Part shown: positions 1 through 12,947 of the stretch, in pieces | How the letters are laid out: each line of letters begins with the position of its first letter | Position numbering within the stretch: the first letter of the stretch is position 1 | Source: Octopus sinensis | Lineage: Eukaryota | Direction: 5' to 3' | Length of the DNA stretch: 64,000 nt | NCBI RefSeq assembly: GCF_006345805.1 | Contig: NC_043013.1 | Span: 26,660,001 to 26,724,000, forward strand | Notes under the pieces: generated by a model | The model's database searches: none | What the model was told of the DNA's origin: nothing | The model's input: only the letters and a program-made list of their open reading frames with translations | Made by a program: the position numbers and the translations under genes

Positions 1-84
1 GGGCATCTGGCAAAGTATGGCACATTACGATCATGACAGTTTTGTTGCAGAAAGAAATATATTTATTCCAGTTACAGAATAGAA

Positions 85-213
85 GTGGTACGGTGAAGAA
101 GTTTGCTTCCGAACCATATGGTTCTGTGTTCAGTCCCACTGTGCAACACCTTCTCTAAATGTCTTCTATTATAGCTCCAGCTTGACCAAGCATAGTGAGT
201 GGATTTAGTAGTA
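85..213 (+). mobile_element. tRNA-derived SINE fragment (family A; gtaagaagcttgcttcccaaccacatggttc... type)
   Basis: Similar to the copies at 17400-17545, 24805-24950, 39975-40135 and 47875-48002; B-box-like ggttcagtccc. Confidence 0.7.
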
Positions 214-655
214 GTAGTATAGGGGTATGTGCTGTAACAGTGTGTTGCCCTTGCATCCACCATTTGTTGGTGATTCCCTTCTATTCCTGGCAGATGACAC
301 CTTTGCACCACTCAGATGATAACCCTCCAACCCATGGGTCTGTTTGAGGTGGTTGTTGCTGGTGAGGGTATGATGCAGTCAGAGTGCAAATCCTACCTCA
401 ACTTCTTTTAGTCGACTTTTATGACATTCGGAGAAAACATTGAGTCTATTCTTTGCCATGCTTGTTCCCATACAATATGGGCAGAAACTGACAGAAACTC
501 TAATAACTCCATTTGCTTCTTTCCAATGTTATTTGAATTAACATGAGGAATATTTTTATGTCATATTTTATAGGTGTTTTTGTAACTGTTTTTCCTTTTA
601 CAATTTTTGTTTATTTTTAAAATTTGAATATATTTTACCTCTTTTCAGACCTGTG

Positions 656-1680
656 ATGATGGATTGCCAAGCAGAAAAAAAAAAAGCTTCTCTTTGCTTT
701 CAATCAGGATTCCAAAGCTGTTCAAGACACTTGTGCTGAGTGTGAAGAAGGCACCATTACTAAAAGAACATCATAGAAATGATCTTCTCATTTCAAGGAG
801 GGGAAATTTGACCTCCCACACTCTCCATGTTCCAACTGACCTGTTCAGTTCAATGAAGATGAACTGAATGAGCTCATCCATGACGATCTGCACCAATGCA
901 CTTGGGAACTGATCCAGCAGATGGGTTGCTTTCATGATGCCCTAACCTGTCATCTTTACTTGATGCTTAAGGTCCAAAACCTTGGTGTATGGATGCCACA
1001 TGGCGAGAACAAAAGAGACAAACTCCAGCAGTTCTCTATTGCTACCAGTTTGCTTGATCAACACTAGGCTTACTCATGGACACTGAGATTTCTTTATTGT
1101 ACTCTCACCAATGATGAAAAATAGTCTCTTTATGTCAATGTGAACCAGGGGAAAAAACAGCTAAGTCCCAACACAGAGCTATATCCATGCAAGACAATGA
1201 TTTGTGTTTGGATTGATTCACTACAAAAACGTTTGAAGGTAGAGCTTTATGTTTAGCAAATGTACTGGCTCAATGAAATAATCCAGCTGAAAAAACCTGA
1301 CCAGTGACATGGCATACTTCTTCAACGTGACAACGCTTGCCTCCACATAGCTATTTTGATAAAAAATTCAATTAAGAGCTTGGTTACAAAATTCTACCAC
1401 ACCCACCTGGTATAGTGCCTTCACATTATCACCTTTTGCAGTTGCTCTCCAACAGTCTGCAAGGCATTGCATTCAACAATGACATGGAGCTAAACACATG
1501 GCTTAATGAATTCCTCAAGCCAAGACCTGATGATTCCTACCCTTAAGGCATTAACAAACCACTGTAACACTGACAGGAAGTCATGGACAATGAAGGAGAA
1601 TATATATCATTGATTGATTTGTTTAGATCATTGATGAAAATAAATGGAATAAAAAGAATATTTACCTGACAGCCCAATAT
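656..1680 (+). pseudogene. Decayed mariner transposase with right terminus
   Basis: Manual translation gives MMDCQAEKK..LLFAFNQ..FKEGKFDL..LGVWMPH (WVPHEL-like)..TNDEK (TGDEKW-like)..LLQRDNACLH (HDNARPH-like)..PSHYHL; multiple stops and frameshifts; ends in cctgacagcccaata plus TA. Confidence 0.85.
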
Positions 1681-1684
1681 ATAA

Positions 1685-1728
<44 letters not shown>

Positions 1729-2419
1729 ATTTCAGTAAATCATGCATATGTGCATATGTGTATATATGTGTGTGTTTGTTTACATTTACTGAAGCACAAA
1801 AGCTGCCATTGTCATCTTTTCCCCTGTCAGCAAATTGTCTACTGACTGTTCACCTTTGAAGATGTCCTAACTTGAAAAGCAGAGAAGAGATCTGTTTTAG
1901 TAACAGGGATCTTTTTTTTAAAAACACATACAATGATATTGTTCTTGCTATTTTTAACCACTAAGGGAGCACCTTCATGGTTTGTTGCCCTTACACCAGT
2001 GATGGAGCAAGAGTTTGTGTCACACCCGATGCATTCTTCCATCTGCTGCCTGATCCCACAGAAAAAGAAATAAAACCCACTTTGTAATAGGTGTGTGCAT
2101 GTGTTTGTTTACCTTTTGCACATCACAAAAGATAGCTGAGGTGCAAGCATGGGTATTGTTATCCTTTCTCCTGTCAACAAATCATCCGGTGGCCTTTCAC
2201 CATTGATGAAGATTCTAACTTGGAAAATGGAGAAGGATTAGTGACAGGAAAGGCATCTGCTTTTGTTTTTCAAAGAACTATGGAATAAATAATTCTTTAC
2301 TTAAAAGCAAGTAGGAGCTAGCAGCAGAAAGGGCATTTAACTGTAAAATCCTGCCTCAAAATAGCACCCTATTTAAACATGAGCTATCAGTGAAAAACAG
2401 GTGTAAAACAAGCAAGCAA

Positions 2420-2461
2420 ATGATATATATATATATATGTGTGTGTGTGTGAGTGCTTGTG

Positions 2462-2492
<31 letters not shown>

Positions 2493-2660
2493 ATGTACAT
2501 ATATATATACATATATATATGCACACATACATACATATATATATGTATATATACAAGCATACATATATACATACACGCATATACATACATACACACACAC
2601 ATACATACATACATGCATGCATACATACATACATACATACATACATACATACATACATAA
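2420..2660. repeat. Compound microsatellite (TA/TG/CATA)
   Basis: Seen directly; explains the overlapping low-complexity ORFs. Confidence 0.95.
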
Positions 2661-3947
2661 TATGTAATATATATGAGGCTGTACTTTGGTGCAGGTTGAA
2701 TGATCAGCAGCAATAAATGTTTGTTTCAAAAGCTCCATTAACTTTATTGTATTTATTCATTTATTTATGTTTGTCAGTTCTATACAGGAGAGTATTAAAC
2801 TCAATATAAGTTAAATGGGTTTTTCTTTCTTTCTTTCTTTCTTTCTTTTTTTTTTTCAGGCAAGCAGTAACCGATTTCCCAAAATGAAAATGGTGACATT
2901 TTTCTTGAAATAAATGAATAAATATCAACAAATATATACGCACTCACGCACACTGACACATGCATAGACAGATATTTTGCTCTCAATTATGCTTTTAAAA
3001 TTAAGGAAAAATGATAGAATTGTTGTTTTATAATGATTTAAATTTTAATGTAAAAATACGAAATATTATTTTCCTGTGAACTGTTTTGTAATCTTTGCTT
3101 TATGTTAGAGTTTAATCAAAAGACATTGAAAATAGTAAAAAAAAAAAAATAGTTTACAAAAAAATAAATTACATCAAAATCCCATTCTCTGTATTTTAGG
3201 TAAATTTCACTTGAGGCAGAAAGATGCAGTAATGTATCATAACAACAGCAGCAACAACAACAGCAATACATGCATTAATATGCACCAACCGGCCTTTATG
3301 GAGAGAGAATATTGATATCTGCATATATAGTTCTCACCAGTTGAAAATTTCAATATGGTCGATTTTAAGCATAGAATTTAGTTTAAGTGTAAAAAGTTTA
3401 AAAAATAGCTATGATTGTAATTATGTATTGGTTTGTATTTTCCTATTTATTTTTGGCAAAAATAAAAGTCTTCTCTGAACATTAATTTCCTCTTTCTTGA
3501 AATTCAAGAGTAATTCAACACAAGAAAAATTCCTTCCTGTTTTTCTTATAGTTATTCTCTGATGTAATCTATTGTGCACCATTACCGACAACATCCCAGT
3601 TGCATCACTCAATGGAGAAATATTGAGAGCATAAATTACTCTTAGACGTCATCTGCATGAAAAAGCAATAGCCAAGTTTAAACAGACCATTTAAATGCAG
3701 TGGGGAGGGTCGGCAAGTAAATAAATAAATGAATAAAACTACACGAAGCAAACTATAAATAAAAGCAAAATTATGTAGTAAAAAGAAAAAAAAAAGGAAC
3801 TGCAAAAACTTTAATTGTGTGTGTGTGTGTGTGTGTGTTTTATATGGTCTGAATTATTTTTACTGATTTTTTGACTACAGTTTTGACAATACTCTACCTA
3901 AACCTGCTGGGTCATGAATCCAAATAGTGGCTAAAACTTCAGACTAA

Positions 3948-3982
<35 letters not shown>

Positions 3983-4617
3983 GGTAGGTAGGTAGGTAGG
4001 TATGTACATTGGTATGTATATGTATATTTGTATGTAATTTTCTGCTTATAAAAAGAATCCGTAACTTAGATCTTCATTATTCAAAGTATCACAGATGTAA
4101 AAGCATGTTTGATCTTCCAGACGCTGTGGTTCTTAATGGTGAGGAATCCATGAATTCTAAAGAACACTAATTGCCATTGAGTGATGCATAAATTTGTTCC
4201 AGTTAGTCTTTTTTTTTTTTGTTGTCAATGATGGGTCCAGCAACTGAATGATTGCTGTGTGTGCATGTTACTGAAAGATTATTGAAGAGGGAACAGCTTT
4301 GATGCTATTGATAAGAATAGTTTGACTTTTGATTTAAACTTTCATAAAAATTTCAGTGAAGTTTCTGTAGGAATTATAAAACAATGTCATCAGCTAAAGG
4401 CTTAAAAAAATCAGTTAATAAGGTGTTTGGTTGATGAGAGTTAAGTCTTTTTGTTTGGGGATATATTAGGCTTTTCAATAGCTGCAGTTTCTCAGGGTGA
4501 GAAAGCCACCAGTTTTGGGCTCAGATGCTGACAGCTTTATACTGCTGACATTCTATCAGGTTATAAATGAACATATACATAAACATACAGACATGCATGC
4601 ATACATACATACATACA

Positions 4618-4667
<50 letters not shown>

Positions 4668-4709
4668 ATATATATACATATATGTGTGTGTGTGTATATA
4701 TATATATAT

Positions 4710-4755
<46 letters not shown>

Positions 4756-4840
4756 ATATATATTATATATATGTTATATATATATGAGTTATATATACAT
4801 ATATGTATATTATATATATGTATATATATAAATACTATGT

Positions 4841-4921
<81 letters not shown>

Positions 4922-4973
4922 TATATATATATATATATATAATATATATATATATATATAATATATATATATA

Positions 4974-5122
4974 TTACAGAGATGTACTTGCATAGTAAGT
5001 GACCTGATCTGAGATCATGTTCAAGAATGAAAACAATTGCAGCATGGAAGGTGTTTATAAGCCACTTAAAAACACACAAAACCGTTAGATTCACTTCAAC
5101 ATTTAAATTTAATTTGCCAAAA
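4974..5122 (-). mobile_element. (TA)n-abutting repeat fragment, same family as 8665-8875 (probable Penelope-like terminal repeat)
   Basis: About 150 bp of high similarity to 8665-8814 (ttacagagatgtacttgcatag...tttaatttgccaaaa); both copies start immediately after a (TA)n tract. Confidence 0.7.
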
Positions 5123-5462
5123 GAAAGTCCAATAGAAAAGGAAGAAGAGCTTTGCTCAAAATATAAAACCACATTTCTTTCCTTCCTTGAGCATTTGCTA
5201 ATACTTTACATGTATCACGTCCTCGTGTGGTTGTTTTTTTGTGTTTGTTCTTCATTTTTTGGGGATTTACTATTAACCGCACGCTCACATGGACCTCCCC
5301 TGCCTTCTGACAGACTTTGGAGTACCTAATTCATGGAATTCTTTCTACCATTGAATTACATTACTTTGTTCATTTGGAATATGCCATTTCTGCACCTTGA
5401 TTATGAATATATATATATATATTTATATGTGTTTGTGTGTGTGTATATATATATATATATAG

Positions 5463-5521
<59 letters not shown>

Positions 5522-6770
5522 CATCATTTAACGTCTGCTTTCCATGCTGGCATGGGTGGGACTTTATATATATATGTATATACATATATATGTAGTTATG
5601 GTGTATTCTGTTAAGAATGTGGTAGAGTACAGTATAAAGCTTGTCCACCTTCAAATTTACCCTGTGCTATTAACGTACTTCCAGGTTTGTGTTTGGGCTT
5701 CTGTATTGTATGAATAGATAACTGAAAAAATTTGAAATCAGCAAGAAAGATTATGGTTGGACATTTATTTTCAATCACTACAATTGTTTCTAGACAATGT
5801 AATTCTCCCAACCTGTGTATGTGTGTGTGTGCATGTGTGTGCATTAGTAGGTATATGGATGTATATGTGAACAGCTAAGGACAATTACATGTGTAGCCAA
5901 CCATGAAGAACAAAACAGTACAAAGGCATCAAATGCTAATCCCTTTAAAACAGGAACCACTTTAACAATAGCAGAACCACCATCCTACTACATCTACACA
6001 TTCAAAGCAGATTACCAATGGTCCTTCGGCAACAACACAACTTTGATAATCTCAGTAGCTACTACTAACCATGATAGAGAGAGAGGATGCTCTTGAAGCT
6101 GAGAATTTGAATTTACGGAAACAATATTTACATATCGCCTGAGGAAACACATCTAGATCTCATAATGCAGAGAAATGGTTGCATCATCCAGTACCTGCAC
6201 CCTGTTGAACTATGTTGCATACTAACAATTGCAGTGATTGAAAATAAATGTCTAACCATATTCCTTGTTGACTCCAAATTTTTTCATTTATATATATATG
6301 AAGATAGATAGATAAAAAGATATCAAAACAGGAAGTTGGATAAAGTTTTTGGTATCATTTATTCACCATTACACATGTTTCATTTACTAATAAGAATTAT
6401 AAAATTATTGTATGTGTTAGATAAACAGATAAAACATTTCCTATTAGAAATTCTTCCAACAGAGAATCAAGAAATATATATTTATATATAAATACAGATA
6501 GACACATACATATATACACACCCACAAATATATAGATACACACACATACAAACACACACACACACACAAGCACAAACACACACATGCACACACATGCATG
6601 CACACACACATACACATACACACACACACATTCACACATACATGGAAAGAAGTGCATTCCAACAAAGGAAAAAATATAGGAGAATATGCTTTTGTTTTGG
6701 GCTTGAAAATGGACCTACATCTAAAAACGTGTAGTCATTTAAAATTTTGTAATAGATTTATTTACAGACC

Positions 6771-8636
6771 AAACTAGTTTCAACAATTTTTTTTTTATCA
6801 ATAATACACATATATAAATAAAGGCATTTAGGAGAGATTAAAGTTACAAGGTAAAAATTGGACAAACATGTTTAAACCATGAAATGTACAAATGTACATT
6901 ATTGAAAGTTCAGTCATATTGAGTTTTTATTAAAAAACCTCGAGAAGAAAGAGAAAAAGGTGGAGAGAAAGAAAAATTGCTTTATTTAAAATTTCTGCCA
7001 TGGTGCATGTAGTTCTTTTCTCAATGTCTCAGTGAACTAGTCTTTTTTTTTTTTCAATGTCTCAGTCTACTGGTCTCTTCACTTTCACAGGTGTCCAAAG
7101 TGCTTTGAGTCTAAATCTTTTAGTATATATGTTATCATTAAATTATATAACATATATATGTGTTTGTAGAAAAGGATCCAATTTTTGATTGGTTATGATT
7201 TTACGATGTCTTATTCTTTTTCTCGTGGATGTTTAGGTCAAAATATTTTTGTTTTGGCAAAGTTTATTGTTTTGGTTGATTGGCTTCCTAGTGATGACCA
7301 CAGTCAAGGAATAAGTTCTGATTGATTGTAGGTTTCATGACATCACTTCATTTTGATCAAAAATATTTTCTGTTTTGGACAAAATATTTTTGTTTCAGTA
7401 AAGTTCAGCATTCTGCTTGGTTGACTTCCTGATAGAAAGGCAAAAACTTGTTTGTGCTTGATGGTTCCAATTGGTTGGTTCCCAGAACACTAGATGACAA
7501 TCAGGCAAAAACAAGTTTTTGCCTTCCTACCACTAAGCCAAGCAGAATGCAGAACTTCACCAAACAACAATATTTTGACCAAAACATCCACAACAAAAAG
7601 AATAAGACGTCATCAAAATTATAACCAATCAAAAATTGGATCCTTTTCCGCAAAAGCATATATATACTAAATGATTTGGACACAAAGCACTTTGAACTCC
7701 AACAAACTGTGAAGGTAAAGAGAGACCAGTACACTGAGTTTTACACTGAAAAAAACTACAAGAGTGAGTCAAAAAGTAATGCCATTTTGTTTAGGACAGG
7801 TATAATTACCAATAGAGGAACATGTATCATACATCAAAATGAAGCTGGTCCTCTGTGGATCACATCCCTACTTCTCAACAAAGTCACTGTTCCTCTCAAT
7901 AGCAATATTCCACCTTTGAATGAGAGCATGTATCCCTGCCCCATAAAATTCTGTTGACTATTCTTTGAGTCACTGCATTACAGTTTTCACTTCCTTGTCA
8001 CTGGAATAATGTTTGCCTCTCAAACCCTCTTTCATGGGGTCGAAGAGATGATAGTCCAGTGACAAGGAAGTGAAAACTATAGTGCAGAAGTGGCTCAAAG
8101 AACAGTCAACAGAATTTTACGGGGCAGGGATACATGCTCTCATTCGAAGGTGGAACATTGCTATTGAGAGAAATAGTGACTATGTTGAGAAGTAGGGATG
8201 TGATCCACAGAGGACCAGCTTCATTTTGATGTATGATACATGTTCCTGTGCTGGAAATTATACCTGTCCTAAACAAAATGGCATTACTTTTTGACTCACC
8301 CTCGTACATGCACCATGACAGAAATTGTAAATAAAACATTTTTTTCTTTCTCTCCACCTTTTTTCTTGCTTCTCTACATCCTTTAATAAAAATTCGATAT
8401 GACTGAACTTTCAATAATGTACATTTGTTATGATCTTCACTGAAAACATTTACATTGATATTACTGTCTAACCCTGTGAAACTCATTGCAATTTCTGTGA
8501 ACATTTGAACATTTAATGGTTTAAACATGTTTGTTCAATTTTTACCTTGCAACTTTAAACACTCTTCTAAATCCTTATTTTGTACCATTGATAATATTTG
8601 TACCATTGATAAGCAAAAAATTGTTCAAACAAATTT
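6771..8636. mobile_element. Old foldback element with long diverged inverted arms (about 6771-7470 vs 7500-8636), interrupted by a mariner MITE
   Basis: Examples: catggtgcatgtagtt (left) vs aacta[MITE]catgcaccatg (right); aaaaggatccaatttttgattggttat vs ataaccaatcaaaaattggatcctttt; gtaaaaattggacaaacatgtttaaacca vs tggtttaaacatgtttgttcaatttttac. Confidence 0.75.
7759..8304. mobile_element. Mariner-derived palindromic MITE built from two transposase 3' ends; TA TSD
   Basis: TA|caagagtgagtcaaaaagtaatgcc ... ggcattactttttgactcaccctcg|TA; arms about 250 bp; right arm translates SSDKEVKTIVQKWLKEQSTEFYGAGIHALIRRWNIAIERNSDYVEK*, a mariner C-terminus. Confidence 0.9.
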
Positions 8637-8664
8637 AGTACAACTATATATATATATATATATA

Positions 8665-8875
8665 TTACAGAGATGTACTTGCATAGCAAGTGACCTGATC
8701 TGAGATTGTGTGCTGAAACAAAAACAATTGCAGCATGGAAGGTGTTTATAAGCCATTTAAAAACACACATAAACCGTTAGATTCACTTCGACATTTAAAT
8801 TTAATTTGCCAAAATAATTTTTCATCGTTTTGAGACCACGAGCTGTTCACTGACAAAATTCCATACTGTTAGGTC
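8665..8875 (-). mobile_element. (TA)n-flanked repeat carrying a hammerhead-like motif (probable Penelope-like terminal repeat)
   Basis: Homologous to 4974-5122; bounded by (TA)n on both sides; contains the fold at 8805-8857. Confidence 0.65.
8805..8857 (-). ncRNA. Candidate minimal type I hammerhead ribozyme with G3:C8 core variant
   Basis: Minus strand: tttgtca-GTGAACA-gc(tcgt ggtctcaaa acga)t-GAAA-aattat-TT-tggcaaa; stem I is 7 bp including one G-U; stem III is 2 bp. Confidence 0.5.
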
Positions 8876-8877
8876 TG

Positions 8878-8924
<47 letters not shown>

Positions 8925-8929
8925 TTTTA

Positions 8930-9030
8930 TTCTTTTCATTTACTTGTTTCGGATATTTGACTGCAACCATGCTGGAGCACCACTTTAAAATGGTTTTTAA
9001 TCAAAGAATCGACACCAAGACACAGACACA
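8930..9030 (-). mobile_element. SINE 3' fragment (family C; ...gctccagcatggccgcagtcaaatgactgaaacaagtaaaag tail)
   Basis: Similar to 17165-17345 and 39735-39930. Confidence 0.65.
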
Positions 9031-9082
9031 CATAAATATATACATACAGACATACATACATATATATATATATACATATATA

Positions 9083-9127
<45 letters not shown>

Positions 9128-9169
9128 TATATATAAATACATATATAACATATATATATTTATATACAA

Positions 9170-9408
9170 CTGGCTTCATTCAGTTTCCATCTACCAAATC
9201 CACTCATAAACTTTGATTGGCCCAAAGCTATAGTAGAAGACATATGCCCAAGTATGTATTTATATATATATCTCTATGTGTGTGTGTAAATACACACACT
9301 CACACACACATATTCACACACACACACAGATATATATATATAAATACACACTTGGGCATATGTCTTTTACTATAGCTTTGGGCCAATCAAAGCTTTGTGA
9401 GTGGATTT
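9170..9408. mobile_element. Family A SINE fragment with an inverted partial copy across a TA/TG/CA tract
   Basis: ccactcataaactttgattggcccaaagctatagtagaagacatatgcccaagt (9200-9253) is the reverse complement of about 9349-9404. Confidence 0.75.
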
Positions 9409-9631
9409 TATTTTCTCTCTGTTTATTTCCTCATATTCCTTTCAAGTGTAGGCTCGAAATGTAAAAGACTTCCTCACCTTCCTGAGCGTCAAACTAATAC
9501 ACCTGCTTGTTGTTCTTACACCTGTCTTCATCTTTTGTTTTACTGTAAATTTCAACTATATATATATATATATATATTATATAGATAGATAGATAGATAG
9601 ATATAGATATATATGTATGTGTGTTTGTGTG

Positions 9632-9691
<60 letters not shown>

Positions 9692-9734
9692 GTACGTGTG
9701 TGTGTAACCCATGCTAGCATGGAAAGCGGATATA

Positions 9735-10720
9735 TATGATGATGATGATGATCATCATCATTTAACGTCGCTTTTCATACTAGCATGGGTTGGACGATTT
9801 GACTGAGGGCTGGCGAACCAGATGACTGCACCAGGCTCCAATCTTGATCTGGCAGAGTTTCTACAGCTTGATGCCCTTACTAATGCCAACCACTCAGAGA
9901 GCGTAGTGGGTGCTTTTACATGCCACTGGCATGGGGGGGGGCAGTCAGGTGGAACTGGCAACGACCTCACTCGAATGTTTTTTCACATGCCACTAAGGCG
10001 ACGCTAGTAACGATCACGCTCGAATGGTGCCTTTTACGTGCCACCAGCATGGAAGCCAGTTAGCCGCTCTGGCAATGATCATGCTCAGATGGTGCTCTTA
10101 GCACCCTACGAGAACGGGACACAAGTACCAGTAAGGCGATGCTGGTAACGATCACACTCAAATGGTGCCTTTTATGTGCCACTGGCACAGAAGCCAGTCA
10201 GCTGCTCTGTCAACGATCACGCTCGTATGATGCTCTTTGCACTCCACTAGCACGGATGCCAGTCATCAAGTTTGATTTTGATTTCAGTTGCCTCAACAAG
10301 TCTTCACAAGCAGAGTTTTGTATCCAAAGAGGGAAAGGTATGCATAAGTGGGCTGGTTATCATCATCATCAACATTTAACATCTGTTTTCCATATTGACA
10401 TGGGTTGGACGGTTTGACTGAGGTCTGGAGGGCCAGCGGTTGCACCAGGCTCCAATCTGATCTGGCAATGTTTCTACGGGTGGATGCCCTTCCAAACACC
10501 AACCACTCCAAGAGTGTTGTGGATGCCTTTTATGTGCCACCGGCATGGGACCCAGTAAGGTGGGCCTGGCATCATCACGTTCGGATAGCGTTTTTTATGT
10601 GCCACCACCATGGAAGCCAGTCAGGGAGTACTGGCATTGACCACATTCAGATGGTGCTTTTTATGTGCCATTTGGTATCAGGTTCAGTCCCACTGGCTGG
10701 ACCTTAAGCAGGAATCTTGT
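9735..10720 (-). mobile_element. Two RTE LINE 3'-UTR fragments with internal 55-66 bp tandem units and (CAT)n tails
   Basis: Same sequence as the 3' ends of the RTE LINEs at 22201 and 59490 (catcatttaacgtc..ccatgctagcatgggttggacgg..ctggatgcccttcc). Confidence 0.8.
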
Positions 10721-10957
10721 ACAATAGGCCAACCAAGACATTGTTAATGGATTTGGTTGATGGACACTCAAAGAAACCATTAAAAACGCCCAGCAATGGG
10801 TAGATATCATCTTGTTTGTTAATAGGTCAGGATTGGCAACAGGAAGGGCATCAAGCCATAGAAAATCTGTCTCAGTAAAACTTGTAATCAAAATATTTAA
10901 AGTATGTTAAAACAATAATGATGTTAATGATGAAAAATATGAGGTGTGCGTGTGTGT

Positions 10958-11005
<48 letters not shown>

Positions 11006-11115
11006 GTGCGTAAGTGTTTGTAAATATGCATGCATGTTTTTATATGTGTATCTATCTGCCTATTAATCTATGTATATATTTCTCTCCCTCTCTTTTTCTT
11101 TACCTATCTACCTAA

Positions 11116-11178
<63 letters not shown>

Positions 11179-11397
11179 ACTATCTATTTATCTATCTATT
11201 GCTTTATAATATTTGAAGCTGACAGTTTCACTCTGGACTGGGTTTTAAACAGCCCAGTTAAGGGTTAAACTCAGAGTATACTGTCAACGTTTGCTTTAAT
11301 AAACATATATCTGTCTACTCTACTCACCATATAGAGTTTTGTACCAGATAATGTTTACACTATCTCAAATACATTTTTAATATAGTAAACCATTTTA

Positions 11398-12251
11398 AGG
11401 CAGCAAGCTGGGCAAAATGCTTAGCAGTATTTCGTCTGTTGCTATGTTCTGAGTTCAAATTCCACTGAGGTCAATTTTGCCTTTCATCCTTTTGGGGTTT
11501 GTAAATTAAGTACCAATGAAACATTGGGGTCATTGTAATCGACTTACACTCTCCCCCGAACTTGCTGGTCTGGTACCAAGATTTGGAACCAATGTATTAT
11601 CCTACTCTAAAATGGCAAGCTGACAGAATCCTTAGCACACCAGGCAAAATTATTAGCAGCATTTCATCTATCTTTACATTCTGAGTTCAAATTCTGCTGG
11701 GGTCAGCTATGCCTTTCATCCTTTTGAGGTTGAGAAAATAAGAACCAGTTGAGTACTGGGGTTAGTTTAATCAACTTAGCCCCTTCCCTGAACTTGCTGG
11801 CCTTGTGCCAAAATTTGTGGCAAAATCATTAGCATGCTGGACAAAATGCTTAACGATATTTCACCCATAGTTACATTCTGAGTTCAAATTCCACTGAGGT
11901 CAACTTTGCCTTTCATCTTTTTGGGGGTTGATGAAATAAGTACCAGTTGAACACTGGGGTCGATGTAATTGACTCATCCTCTCTTCCCACAAACTGCCCT
12001 TATGACAAAAATTTGAAATAATTATTATCATTATTATTAAGGCAGCAAGCTGGCAGAATCGTTAGCATGCTAGATGAAATGCTTAGCAGTATTTCGTCTG
12101 CTGCTACATTCTGAGTTCAAATTCTGCCGAGATCGACTTTGCCTTTCATCCTTTCGGGGGAATCGATAAATTAAGTACCAGTGAAATACTGGAGTTGATG
12201 CTATCAACTAGACCCCTCCTCACAGATTTGAGGCCTTGTGCCTCCAATAGA

Positions 12252-12328
<77 letters not shown>

Positions 12329-12770
12329 TGGCAAACTGGCAGAGTTGTTAGCATACCAGGCAAAATGCTTTGCAGAACTTTGTCTGTCTGCACGTTCTGA
12401 GTTCAAATTCTGTCACGGTCGACTTAGCCTTCCATCCTTTTGGGATTGATAAATTAAGTACCAGTGAAACACTGGAGTTGATGTAAACAACTATTCCCTT
12501 CCCTTCAAATTTCAGGTCTTGTGCCTTTAGTAAGAAAGAATTGTTATTATTGCTACAAGCTGGCGGAAACGTTAGCACATCAGGCAAAATGCTCAGCAAC
12601 ATTTCATCCATCTTTTAGATTTCAGTTCAAATTCCACTGAGGTTGACTTTGCCTTTCATCCTTTAAGGGTTGATAAATTAAGTACCAGTTATGCACTGGG
12701 GTTTATGTAACTGACTTGCCTTCTCCTTCAAAATTTCAGGCCTTGTGCTTATAGTAGAAAGGATTATTAT
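11398..12770 (+). mobile_element. Head-to-tail array of six family B SINEs (ggcagtgagctggcagaatcgttagc...gcctttcatcctttcggggtcgataaattaagtaccag...)
   Basis: Six copies of about 200 bp starting near 11398, 11612, 11817, 12038, 12326 and 12555, several separated by (TAT)n; B-box gagttcaaattcc. The central domain resembles the Meta/MESC SINE domain (recalled, not searched). Confidence 0.85.
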
Positions 12771-12871
12771 TATTATCATTATTATTATTATTATTATTAT
12801 TATATTATTATTATTATTATTATCATTATTATTATTATTATTTATTATTATTATTATTATTATTATCATTA

Positions 12872-12945
<74 letters not shown>
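12765..12945. repeat. (TAT)n/(TATCAT) microsatellite
   Basis: Seen directly. Confidence 0.95.

Positions 12946-12947
<2 letters not shown>

Noticed and set aside
6135-6200. CTGAGGA...GAAA...GTA hammerhead-like string
   Set aside because: No convincing stem I or stem II pairing in this copy.
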